A stretch of 63,422 nt of DNA, filler included, from Licmophora abbreviata (taxonomy: Eukaryota), in assembly GCA_900291995.1 (NCBI GenBank). It is 7 parts of 7 records of this genome, joined end to end, with 100 filler letters (N's around TTAATTAATTAA, not from the genome) between each part and the next. Parts side by side here need not be neighbours in the genome. Positions count along the whole stretch, not along the records: positions 31,362 to 43,577 come from OLMU01000130.1; positions 43,678 to 48,085 come from OLMU01000131.1; 5 more parts are not named here. The stretch is one strand, 5' to 3'. The notes under the pieces were generated by a model, which did not search any database, was not told the origin of the DNA, and worked only from the letters and a program-made list of their open reading frames with translations. Each line of letters starts with the position of its first letter. Positions within the stretch are counted from its first letter, which is position 1. Made by a program: the position numbers and the translations under genes. Below, one piece after another: positions 34,322 to 46,087 of the stretch.

Positions 34322-36342
34322 ATGATTTCCGCAGTGGAATGGGTTCCGAAAGGTATCGCGGATCCGACACCAAAGAAGTATGAGGCTTCACCCGCCGAGC
34401 TCGATCTACTGGAGAGACAGGCCGAGCTGGAAGCGGCGCTAGACCAGGACGAAAGTGACGGCGAGGAAAGCGACGAAGAGGACGATGAAGACCAAAGCTA
34501 CAAGCTACCGAAAATTGACCCAAAATCTCTACCAGCCGAATTGAGAATGGACGAATACTCTAGCGACGAAGATGAGAACGATGCCGTGCAAGGATCCGCC
34601 ATTGGAAACATGCTTGTTGGAAGTGAATCGGAAATTATTGGATCATATGACGAGCAAGAGGACAATGACGACGGGGCGAATGATGGGGAGGAGACAGATC
34701 TGGCTGTGCGTGACTCGGACGACGACGACTCGGAATACGATTCAGATGATGATTTGGCGGATATTCCAGACACAAGACAGTACATGCCAGTCGATGTGGA
34801 GGGCCTTCAAGCCATGGGCCTTTCTCAGATTGGTGCCAATGCGTCAATGAATCTGGAAGGCATGGATGGCGAAGAAGATTACGACAGCGATGCCGAAGAC
34901 ATCAATATATCCCCCGACGACGCGATAATGGTTGTCGCTAAGACTGACGAGGTACGTTCGTTGACGAAGAGTCGCATCAGTGTGGGCAGGTTGCCAGGAC
35001 TCTCGATCACGCTCATCTCGGATATTGTTGGTTCCTCCTAGGACTTCGCTTCGTTGGAAGTTCATGTTTACGAGCCAAAGACAGGAAACCTTTTTGTCCA
35101 CCACGATATTCCGCTGCCATCGTTCCCCCTCTGTTTGGCTCACGGCGATATCAGCAATGATGGGGGAGCCGGAAACTATTGTGCCGTCGGGACCTTCAGT
35201 CCGGGTATTGAAGTTTGGAATCTTGATGTTCTAAACCCCCTAGAACCCTCGTTTATTTTGGGTGGTGAGGATACATCCGCCGCCGACGAACTTATGAAAC
35301 TCAACATGAGCAGAGCCGCCACAGGCAAGAAATTGAAAAAGAAAAAGAAACTGCAAGGGGGAGGATTGCTGACTGGCAGCCATACGGACGCTGTTATGGC
35401 CATGTCTTGGAACAAGGTGCACCGGCAGGTACTAGCGAGTGGATCATCGGACTGTACTGTGAAGCTATGGGATGTGACGAAAGCTGGGACAGAAGGTGCA
35501 AATGCTGCCACGTTCACTCATCATCGAGACAAGGTTCAGGCTGTTCAATGGCATCCAACGGAAGGCACACTCCTTGCGACTGGGTCGTATGACAAGACAA
35601 TTTCCCTTGTCGATGCCAGAAACAGTACCAGCCCTTCTAAATGTGTTAAGATTCCAGCAGACTGCGAAGCAATCGCCTGGGATCCCTGGAATCCTCACCT
35701 TTTGACAGTTGGCTCAGAGGACGGTACCCTTTCATGCTGGGATGTCAGAAAGTTTGAGACATCTACGCCTGTGTGGTCATTTGTTGTGAGCGAATACGGA
35801 GGCATGAGTGATCTGTCGTACAATAGGTAAGGTCAGAGCTGCTGCATTTCCTTGCTAGAGTTTCGGCCCATTTCTCTTTTGTTCGCTAACCAACGATGAA
35901 CGCCTTTTCACGCAGTCATGTCCCCGGTATGTTTGCTACCTGCTCTGTGGACAAGACAGTTACGTTGTGGGATACTTTCGGCTCGAATGGCGCAATCGCA
36001 AGTGCGCCCCCTCGGGCTTGTGGCAACAAAGATATGGGTGTCGGAAAGCTCTACTCTCTGTCGTTCTACGCATCCTCCCCTTGGCTGCTCGGATGTGGAG
36101 GGAGTGGAAACCAAGTATCACTGTGGGACTTGACATCTGAGAGTGCGGTTCAGTCACGCTTTGCCTCCCGATGCACGACTGCTGGTGAATCTTCGGTCGA
36201 TACGAGTCAAGATACCCCGAAAGGGGAAGACTTTGAGGCTAGCATTGAAACCACAGACACAGCAATGAAGAAAATTCGGGAGAATGCTAAAACAAGAAAG
36301 AACGCAAAAGGAAAGAAGAAAGCACATCGAAAGCATCGCTGA
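34322..36342 (+). CDS. PWP1: Periodic tryptophan protein 1; exons 34322-34951, 35042-35826, 35916-36342
   Basis: MISAVEWVPKG, acidic region, LEVHVYE..NLFVHHDIPLPSFPLC, IEVWNLD, HTDAVMAMSWN, HHRDKVQ. Confidence 0.93.
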
Positions 36343-36759
36343 CGGATACACGAACGCGTGATAGCAGGAATACATTGTCCAATGGATCCTGAGACAACAG
36401 GTGGCATGATCTTGTACCACAAGGTAGATTGTTTAGCTGACTCTTCTCTCTACTATTGAACAAAGACGAGAATCGACGTTCAAACTGCCTCTTTTGCGAA
36501 TTAACTCCAACACTGATAGTCTGCTGGTAGACTGCGTTAGAAAAGTCTTGAGCAGAGCGAACCAACAAGATTTTGACTAGTATAGGGTTATGAATTGTCT
36601 CTGTAGGGATCACCCGGACACGGAAAACTCGTGCCAAGTACGTGCTCATGACGTCGTTTGTGTCGTGCCTGATGTTTTCAAACATGCCATGCTAAAAGCG
36701 TAAAAGAGGCCAAACGTTGGCACACATTCTTGCGTACTGCAGTAGAATGATCTCAGCTC

Positions 36760-38501
36760 ATGATCAGGCTCTTCCTCATGAAAGGTCAGGGTGCTAAGCG
36801 CGGTCGCACCTCCGCGAGAACTATACGCTGCCGACGATTCTGGATTTGGATGCGCCTCGTGCTCGGTTTGGTGGCATCTGTCTCATGTTTTACAATGCCG
36901 CGCGACGCAGCTAACGGTGGGCCTTGCTTGACGAGATGTTCGATATCAATCGAAGACGATGACATACCAGCACCAGAGAAGGCGGAACCATCTGCAAAGG
37001 GATCTAGCTCATATCGATGGAAGAGATCGAGACGGAGGGTAGACTATCCCTCTTTTGCCTACGAGACAACTCGGGGTTACGCAAAATCGAAGAAAGCATT
37101 CAAGTTCACGATTGCAAAGGACAGCGACGACGGCAAGATGCAGGCGTTCAAAGATCAGGATACCCCAGCTCGTAGTGTGTCGATTCCCGGTGCCAAACAA
37201 CAAAAGCGAGGCTCCTTCGTGGAAGACCTCGTGGGTTATGTCAGCGATGTGGTCGCTCTAAATTATGTTTTCGACTCGGAGAGAATCTCAGACAGTGCCA
37301 AGCGCACTCGATTGCTGACGGATCGAGCATATGCCCGTAAGGAAGCGTTTTCGGCTGATCGAGTAAACGAACCTCCAAGCTTGTCAGATCTGTCGCCTCC
37401 GCCGTCCAAGGGAGCCGAGACTCTTTGGATCAGCTGGCCATTTCGACTTGCCACGTTCCTCGCTGCGACCTTGTCACTGCCACCAATAACTCATTACGCG
37501 AGTATGGTCATAACGATACAACAGACCATCTTGGATGAGGCACTTTCCAAGTTTAGCCCTGGGGTGTCGATTCTTTACGGTACCTTTGTATCTTTGACTT
37601 TGTCTATACTGTACCGGCGACAACAAGAGATTCAAAACAATGTCGCAATGGAGAGCTCGTTGCTAACATCCATTACAAGATATTTGCTCAACCTTTTTCG
37701 CAAGGATAGAGAACTAGCAATTGAAGCGGGTCAATGTGCTGCGGACCAGATTCGTACGTTGGTCAAAGGCAGTCGCGGAGGCGAACTCATGCTGCTAATG
37801 TACAGCGATCCCTACGCGCGCATGTCGGAGTTGATTGAGTTCTATGAAGATAGACTGATTGACCAAGGCAAATACGATTTGGGTGGCAAGGGGGTAAGTG
37901 GCGGAACATTCGTTCGATCTTTGTATGTGCCGTCCATGATTCGAATACCAACTTAATGCTCACAACTCCTTGTGTCTTGCAGTCTCTGATTGGCTCATGT
38001 CGAGACCTCTTGAAAGATCTTAACCGCTTGAGGGCAAATCGGCTGAGCGAGGAAGCCCTCGCCTTACCGCCTACTCACTTTGTCATTCTGACTGTGCTCA
38101 CACTTCTCATTCTGATTGGATACGTCGTGTCGATATTGCCGACAGTCAATGCGATGGGCGATCCACCTATCGAGAGCTGCTTGTTCTTTGGGACTCTATG
38201 TACAGTCTACGTTTTGTTCTACAACTTTGCAAATGACTTGAACAATCCGTTTTTGGGAGTCTATCAGGTGCGGCGGAGTGCAACAGCGAGCCACTTATTG
38301 GAAGCCAAATGGCTGATCTCAAATCATCCCTTGCTTCACGGTGAAGTTGACTTTGAAGAAATCAAACAAGAAGAAGAGAATGGAGAGATTCAAGTTCGCA
38401 GTCCAGGTCTTGGAGACTTGAGGTTCGAGCGACAAGAGATTTTTCCAGACACTGAGCAGCAACGGTTGGAGGAGGATGTTAGCATACGAGATGATGAATA
38501 A
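36760..38501 (+). CDS. DUF4239/bestrophin-like membrane protein; intron 37894-37982; start uncertain (36760 or 36850)
   Basis: SILYGTFVSLTLSILYRRQ, ESSLL, RANRLS..LPPTHFVIL, DLNNPFLGVYQV; four TM segments; VSC-F presequence-like motif. Confidence 0.65.
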
Positions 38502-38968
38502 TACATAATGATCTGACATGTTCTTCGTAACTCTCAACTACCTCTAGAGTTAGACAGCCACTGCGTCCACTTGTACGATCAAATGGTGCAACGCGGTGGT
38601 CCATGGCCTTACTACCATGATATGGCAACAAAGTTAGAGCGACCATATTGTGTTTCCACAAAATGTAATCGATCCGAGACGGAGGTAAATATACTCTAAT
38701 GACTTGTATGGCTAACTATGTCGGAGACACGTCATCTCATGTGTCTGAGGAACATTCCATAGAAGAGCAATTCCGAACTCGAGAAGAGCGAAAGGCACAC
38801 CCACGCACAGGCGGGATCACAGCAGCGATTGTGTTGAGGCAGAAGAACCTTGAAGCGTCACAAGATTGAAGTCGTGTCAATCCCACCTGCTGTCGACGTC
38901 TCAGTCCTTTTCCATTTCATTCAATTGAACATTTTTCTACTCTCTTTACACTACAATTTGATTCAGCG

Positions 38969-40345
38969 ATGGTAGTAGCGCCAGAAGAATTAGCCAAGTG
39001 CTCCGATCCAGCATGCGATCAAGGCGATCCCACCAAACAGAAGAGCCCATGTGAATTTGCCGAAAAGTGCACTTCAGCATGTGCAGCGTACGGCAAAGTG
39101 TGTCCCTGTGCATCCCGTGCGGCGGGACGGGCTGCTTGTGAATCACTTGACAAGTTAGCAGACAGGTCGGAGCTCTTTTCGGACAAACCTGACTTCGTGA
39201 AACTTAACCCGGACGATCTTGTGATTGGCAAGGCTCTCGGCACCGGAGGGTTTAGCGAAGTCCACGATGTCGTGCTCAAGGCAGGAGACGAACAAGGCCA
39301 GCACTTTGCTGTCAAGTATCTGAAACGAAAGGTCATGGTCAATCGTCATCACTTTGAACTAGGAGCTGCTGACTTGGCGGTCGAAGCCAACTTTTTGGCT
39401 GCGCTTGACCACCCGCACATCGTCAAACTTCATGGTGTCACCGCGGGATCTGTCGAGACGAACGTCGCCTCTGGAAAGGAGTGCGGCTTCTTCATTATCG
39501 TCGATCGTCTCTACGATACTTTGGAACAACGCATTGAACAATGGCACAAGGAAGCCGAGGAACAGAGCGGCAGTATTCTCCATCGTATGTCGAGTGAATT
39601 CAGGTCCCGCAGGAAGATGGCGCTCAAGATGAGACTGGAATTGGCTCTCCAGATCGCCGACGCCATGAACTATATTCACAGCCTCAACATTATTTATCGT
39701 GACCTCAAGCCAGACAATATCGGATTCGATGAGAACGGGAATCTCAAACTGTTTGATTTCGGACTTGCGCACGAGATGAAGAAACACGAAAAGCATGCTG
39801 ATGGACGCTACCAAATGACGGGCAATACGGGATCAAGGCGATATATGGCCCCAGAAGTGGCCAAAGAGATGCCTTACAACAAGTCAGCAGATGTTTACTC
39901 GTTCGGGATCTTTCTTTGGGAGCTCTGCTCCTTGGAAAAGCCCTTCTTTGGATACAGTAGCGGCAAGCATATGCAGCAGATCGTTTTGGGAGGCGAGCGG
40001 CCTCCTCTGGATACCAGCTCGACCTCTTGGTGGCCCGCGCCGCTTCACGATCTCATGAAAAAGTGCTGGGCCCCTTTCCCCGTGAGTCGTCCAGACTATG
40101 CAACGGTCATTGATCGCCTGTCCGACATCATTGCGCACATTGACTCTCATTCGCCTGGACAGCCTGAAAAGATGGAAGCTGCAATTGCTCCCCCCGCAGA
40201 GGGATTCGGTGCCATGAAGAAACCTGGTCGTTTGCGAAGGAAGACTACCAGTGAAGCGTCCTCAAACACGAAGGCCGCCGACACCGGACCGCGATTGAAG
40301 TCGTTTGGTTTTCGAATGCCTCGGCGTGGAAAAAGCGATCCTTAA
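38969..40345 (+). CDS. Protein kinase (TKL-like)
   Basis: LGTGGFSEV, AVK, IIYRDLKPDN, DFG, TGSRRYMAPE, DVYSFG. Confidence 0.93.
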   Translation: MVVAPEELAKCSDPACDQGDPTKQKSPCEFAEKCTSACAAYGKVCPCASRAAGRAACESLDKLADRSELFSDKPDFVKLNPDDLVIGKALGTGGFSEVHDVVLKAGDEQGQHFAVKYLKRKVMVNRHHFELGAADLAVEANFLAALDHPHIVKLHGVTAGSVETNVASGKECGFFIIVDRLYDTLEQRIEQWHKEAEEQSGSILHRMSSEFRSRRKMALKMRLELALQIADAMNYIHSLNIIYRDLKPDNIGFDENGNLKLFDFGLAHEMKKHEKHADGRYQMTGNTGSRRYMAPEVAKEMPYNKSADVYSFGIFLWELCSLEKPFFGYSSGKHMQQIVLGGERPPLDTSSTSWWPAPLHDLMKKCWAPFPVSRPDYATVIDRLSDIIAHIDSHSPGQPEKMEAAIAPPAEGFGAMKKPGRLRRKTTSEASSNTKAADTGPRLKSFGFRMPRRGKSDP

Positions 40346-40643
40346 GGTGATGGGCTGTTGCATTGCATGGCCGCTGTGTACGTTTTACGTATTTAGTTGT
40401 TAAGGCTACAATAACTCCGTTTCGCCGTCTCTACATTGAATTGATCGTAGTCTTCTGTGTCTGCGGTTGGATGCGACGACTGTTTGGTGGACCACGTTGA
40501 TTGGGTCATGGGGACAGTAAAATGTCGAGTCGCGAGTTTCCTGCACTTCCAAACTTGCGTCTTGATGAATCGGAGGTCTCATCGGCTTCTGTTCTCATTT
40601 ATCTCCATATTTCTACCAATACTTCAACAAAGAATCGGTCAGC

Positions 40644-42780
40644 ATGTGGTGTGAGGAGTGTGTTTCCGATCCTGTTCACGATGGGTGGAGTGAGAAGCCG
40701 CTTCGCCGGGTGCTAGTAGCCGCATCGTGTGCCATTGACAAGCTTCTCGTGGACCCAGTTCATCGTCATGCGTTTGCTGAAGGAGAACGGGAAGCAAGAG
40801 TTGCTTTGGCCGATTTTGCTGCTCGGGCGGTGGCCGCGCAGAGCTCCCAACCTGTACACTTGGGCTCGTATCGTGTCGTCATCGAGCCGCTCGATCGGCA
40901 TGTCGCTTCAAGACGGCGCGGAAAAGCCAACCGATCCGGTTCGGGAAACGGCAACAACTATGTGCCATTCATGCTGGAACGCACCGATATTTGGTGTACT
41001 GAAAAGGAGCTAAACGTGATGGTGCGCGTACAAATCAACCCGGTACCTGCTGACAGTGATGGCGACATCCAGATGGAACCAGATATGGACGGTCTTGCCC
41101 GGAAGGCTACGAAAGAGTTCCTGTCGCGGTGTTTGAACTCAGCGTCCGGTGACTTTGCCCCAACTATTCTACGACACGTAGCATGTGTAGTTGCACAGCG
41201 CCGTATTCGATCCAAGCTTGTGTCCATGAAAGCTGTAGCGTTCGTCGCCGATGGCTCGATTCTTCCGCGAAAGAGTGGGGCCTCCAGCTTGCCGATGGCT
41301 AGCCCGCCTGCAATCCCTTTTAAAGCACCGCCAGACAGCCCCACTCGACAAGAATTGAAGATCGATATGGGATCGCTTCGCCCGTTCTTTCCTGATCAGT
41401 ACTCGTCATCGAATGGAATGATTGATAACACTGTCACCCTCTCGGGCCTTGTGGTCCTTGCGGGTGTCACGCTGATCTGCGGTGGAGGCTACCACGGCAA
41501 GGTACGGCGAATATTGAATGTCGGTGTGTCGCATGATGTGATAAGTCCTTCGTCGTTGCGTGAAACTCACTTGCCTCTATATTATGCCGATGCAGTCCAC
41601 GTTGCTTAGGGCGATTTCTGCTGGAGTGTACGACAAGATTCCTGGCGATGGTCGCGAGTATTGCGTGACCGTCCGTGATGCTGTGGCAGTTCGAGCCGAA
41701 GACGGTCGCTATGTCGATCATTGCAATGTTAGCGCGTTCATTTCCAACTTGCCTACGCCCCCGGGTGTCACAAATGTGATCGACACGAGACGGTTCTCCA
41801 CGCGAGACGCCTCCGGCTCAACGTCCCAGGCCACCAATGTATCGGAAGCCATCGAAATGGCCGCGTCGGCAATACTGGTCGATGAAGATGTGAGCGCTGC
41901 CAACTTTATGGCGCGCGATGGACGGATGAGGTCTCTTGTTGCAGATGAGAGTATCACTCCCTTGCTGTATCGCGTCAATGGTTTGTTCAAGTCGCATGGC
42001 ATCTCAAGTATTGTCGTGGTGGGTGGCGTCGGCGACTGGCTCGACGTTCCTGATACGGTCCTTCTCTTGAACCAATACGTGCTCTCGGATGGGACGAAGA
42101 AAGCACGGTCAATCAGCTATCAGTTTTCATACGGGCATGTTCAGTATGCCGGTCGTGGCGTTGTACATCGCCTCGAGTGGGAAAAGGAAGGAACGCCGGT
42201 ACCTCGAAGGCCAACCGAGTCGTTCGTCAAATCCATGGGCGAAGCAATGGAAGTGTCGCTCATGGAAGGTGGGCAACTGATTTCGGTTCACAGCACAGAA
42301 GAGGAGGACAGGAAAGAAAGTGATGACGACGAGGCCGGGTTCATTGACATGTCGCGTTGTGAACAGCTTGTCGGCAAGAAGGCGCATTTGTACGGGTGTG
42401 GTCTTTGCGTCGTTCAGCTGCTACGAATCGCCAGAAAGGAACCACAACTGAGCATCAATGCACTTCTAGACAAGCTGGAGCAATTATTGGATTCCAATGG
42501 AGGCATACAGTCGCTTTGTTCGAGCAGTGACGATGCGACGGTTACGTTTTCGTCTGATACGATACTTTGGACACATCTCATGGAGTCGGTGGGATTTGCG
42601 TATCGCCCGCGTCGCCACGAAATCTTCATGGCACTCACTCGCCTGAGAGGCATTGCACTCGAGAATCTTCCCGTAATTAATGACGACGGCAGTGATGCTG
42701 CGGCTGCAGCAGAAGCTGAACGAAGGAAACAAGAACTGCTGGAGTTGTGGAACTCTAGGCGTAGCAAGACACAAAAGTGA
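40644..42780 (+). CDS. ABC-class P-loop ATPase (ABC_ATPase family, MRB1590-like); intron 41502-41595; 5' end uncertain (possible ATG at 40522 in another frame)
   Basis: AFVADGSILPRKSG, GGGYHGK|STLL, IPGDGREY, RAEDGR, DASGSTSQA, LVDEDVSAANFMARD, ESITP. Confidence 0.85.
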
Positions 42781-42836
42781 TTGAACTGCCTACGCGATAG
42801 AATGTGCATTGATGTGTAAGAATTGTGTTTTAACAT

Positions 42837-43403
42837 TTAGAAACCAGTTTCGTAATCTTCAATCGCTGGCTTGTTCAACGTCCACTTGTTGCCTGCAACG
42901 AGCATGGGACCAATCGCCGATGAGTCACGCCGTCGTACTACATACAACAATAGTGATATCACAACACAAGTAGTTTCAGACTTACCGTCAGGCCAGCGGA
43001 TTCCGGGCAACTCGCCGGCCTCCCAGACACCCTTCAGATCCTTGGGGCCTCCCTTGGGAGTAAAGTCGACCAAGATCGTGTCGTCTGCCACTTTCCCGCT
43101 TAGAGACCAGGGATTTCCCCGTCCATCCGGAGGACAACCAGGGTTCCCATCCGTTCCAGTGAGTTTCGCGAGTGCGCCATCCGTCTTGACGACACGGAGA
43201 CAGTTGGGGTGTTTGGGGTCCGCATACGACCCATCAAATTTGACGTTGGCATGGGCGACTAGTGGCGATGTCAAGATCGCAGCCGAAACTGACGCGGCGG
43301 CACCGAACGAAGCTGCTTTTCGAAAGAAGTCGTTCGATACCGTCCAGGCACCACAGAGGCTGGCGTAGGCCAACAAGAGAGTCACTGTTCCACGCACAAT
43401 CAT
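42837..43403 (-). CDS. Small uncharacterised protein with plastid and thylakoid-lumen targeting; intron 42985-42893
   Basis: Signal peptide CGA-W, second hydrophobic stretch ending in AHA, compact Gly/Pro/Trp-rich domain YADPKHPNC..VDFTPKGGP..IRWPDGNKW. Confidence 0.75.
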   Translation of the reverse strand: MIVRGTVTLLLAYASLCGAWTVSNDFFRKAASFGAAASVSAAILTSPLVAHANVKFDGSYADPKHPNCLRVVKTDGALAKLTGTDGNPGCPPDGRGNPWSLSGKVADDTILVDFTPKGGPKDLKGVWEAGELPGIRWPDGKSETTCVVISLLLYVVRRRDSSAIGPMLVAGNKWTLNKPAIEDYETGF

Positions 43404-43967
43404 CCCTGAACCCTCAGCTTGGTAAGATAGTGGAATCAATGACGCGGATATGATGTGGTGCGGTGAGGGGGATTGAGACACATCATCTTTCTGTGTTGTC
43501 ACAGTTTGACCGCCGTACATACCTCGGGTATGGCATTGCGTCATCGTCGAAAAAATTAGTGCGCGCCGCATCAGCAANNNNNNNNNNNNNNNNNNNNNNN
43601 NNNNNNNNNNNNNNNNNNNNNTTAATTAATTAANNNNNNNNNNNNNNNNNNNNNNNNNNNNNNNNNNNNNNNNNNNNGCATCGCGTCATCGTCGAAAAAA
43701 TTAGCGCGCGCCGCATCAGGCCCAAAGAAAACGACTGGAGCCATCATCTTTTGATCGCGATGCTGCGATATACAGTACTACTCATCGAGCACACAGAGAT
43801 TCGTTCAGCGTGCTTGATGATGCCCGATATATTGGCCGATTGACTAGCAGTAGCTGGAAGTTTTCGTCAAGAAAGTTGATAGGCTGAAAGAGCAGCCGAA
43901 TAGCGAAGAAAACAAGTTAGCTCTTTGTTGGGCGCTCTCCTCCTCAAACCCGGTTTTTTGTGCAACC

Positions 43968-44522
43968 ATGGCATTGTGGGGTACTAATCAGGAAGATGAT
44001 GAATTCTTTGGAGATTTCGAAGAGGAGTCGGAAGAGGACCGACCGATTCGTGACTCACTGAGGGCTACTAGTGCTAGGAGCACAGGCAACACCGGCCGTC
44101 AAACCGTATCCACCACGGATCACGACGGGTTGCTGCTTCGAGATTCGGAAGCTATAAACAATCAGTTTCGAAACATGGGTTACTTGGAGGCCTTCGATGC
44201 TTCCAAGGAAATCCGATTGCAGCAGGGCTTTAACCAGGGCTATCGACAGCTATTTGACGTATCGACGCGTGTTGGCGAGATGCTTGGAGAGGCGACGGCG
44301 CGGGCACGAATGAGTACAGCGATCATCGGGGACACTGTAAAAGGGAGTGCCGACCATGAACAGGTTGAGGAGGTGGCGAGACGGGTCCGGTCGTTCTTCG
44401 TTGAATTCGACAAGGAAGCGGACATTACCACAAAACAAACTCATCATCAACGCCTGTTGAACCTTGAAACGACGCTACGCACTCATCTGGAAGACAAGAC
44501 AACTATCACCGACATAGAATGA
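43968..44522 (+). CDS. YAE1-like protein (Yae1_N motif)
   Basis: Acidic N-terminus DDEFFGD; GYLEAFDASKEIRLQQGFNQGY. Confidence 0.65.
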   Translation: MALWGTNQEDDEFFGDFEEESEEDRPIRDSLRATSARSTGNTGRQTVSTTDHDGLLLRDSEAINNQFRNMGYLEAFDASKEIRLQQGFNQGYRQLFDVSTRVGEMLGEATARARMSTAIIGDTVKGSADHEQVEEVARRVRSFFVEFDKEADITTKQTHHQRLLNLETTLRTHLEDKTTITDIE

Positions 44523-44725
44523 CCAGAGCTAGAATCGGAATGCTAAACTATGTTGGTAATGCATTGATCATCCTACGACGACATGTATGTACTTTCACTG
44601 ATCAGACGACTATATAATATCATTCTGAACAGCTGCGCATGAATAAAACGTTCCAAAGTTATCAGTCGGTTCCTACGATTCCACTTCAAATACCATGGTC
44701 AAGACGAATATCTCGATTGTCGCTT

Positions 44726-45707
44726 CTATTTTCCGCGGGCAATCGTCTCTTGCTTCGATTTCTTAACCTCGTTAAGTTGCGATTGAAGATCAGCATGCTC
44801 GGCATGTTCTCTTTTGATCTGCGCCTCCAGAAGCACTTTTTCGCGCTTAACCTCATCAAGCTTCTTCTGCAATGTATTTGTCAGCTGATAGAGTGGAAGA
44901 TTGAAATATGCACCGCGTAAGCATCAAGAATCGCGAACAATTAAAAAGTCTTTGCAGAAGACGGCCATTCTGCTTTCAAAACTCACCATTTCTTCTTCAC
45001 GTTCGAGTTCGAGAATGATGCGCCCTTTTTCCTGTTGAAGTGCCTCAACATGTCGCATAAGACAATTAATACGTCCTTCCTCTACAACTTCCGCTTCCAG
45101 CTGACTTTGCACCGACGCGCTCTTCAAGGCCGCCAAGTCGGCCGCCATGTGGGACATGCGATGACGCTCTCGCTTGAGAACAGCACGCAGCTCGTCTGCT
45201 GTCATGTCAACCTCTCCTCTCTCCTTTGCTCTCGTACGTTCCCGTTCACTCTGTACAGCATGGTCTACGGCAGTTCGCGTCTGACTTCCTGGTTCCAAAT
45301 TCGGCACGGACGGTGGCATTCCCGCCGAGGGCATATAGATTCCTCCCGAGCCCTTGATAATGGGCGAGGCAGATGGAGACGCTCCGTACGGCGAGCAAGG
45401 AAAGGACCCCACCCCCACTTCCAGTTCGCGTCAGAGAAGGCGGATAGTTCGACGGGAACTGACCAACAGATTTGGATCGATCACGGGCATACTTGGGCGA
45501 ACTAAGAGCAAGATTCCCCTTTCCCAGCGTTGGGTGAAGTTCCTTCGAATTCGAACGTCTGGGCGAAATCGGCGGAATGCCACTACCCAGACGATGGTTC
45601 GGAGACGTAGGAATCTGAGTGTGTGTATCAGACGTCGGCACAACGCCTGCGGCCCGATCCGCTGCCGCTGCAGTTTTGTCTGGAGATTCGGGAGCTACCT
45701 TTACCAT
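44726..45707 (-). CDS. CCDC6/DUF2046-like coiled-coil protein; +1 frameshift in a G5 run at 45412-45416; intron 44986-44885
   Basis: EVVEEGRINCLMRHVEALQQEK..LEREEEM|LTNTLQKKLDEVKREKVLLE; Ser/Pro-rich N-terminus. Confidence 0.7.
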
Positions 45708-46087
45708 GACGCGCACTTGAAATTGAAGAAATATGCTCCGTTCGAATTGCACTCTGAATGATCCAGCCCAAGAATAAGAGGGCAACACTGTGATCTCCTT
45801 CTTTGTAAGACAGCTGCTGAGGGATGTAATCGCCCCTCGATCTCCTGCTTCGATGTGACACGCTGATGACAACAACTAAAACTCTTTCGAAACAGTGAAG
45901 AAGGTTGCACTCCACAGCAAAACAGATGTGGTGCGCGGAGAAAACGCGCGAAGAGAACTCACAAAAGTGAGTCGAAGAAGTCAGAGACGATGACGTGTTC
46001 TCGATCTTTTCTTTCCTCGACGCGCCGCGATTTGCGATTTGAGATATGAGATTGCTTCCGCATACAAAATCTGCTCGGCCTTCAACC

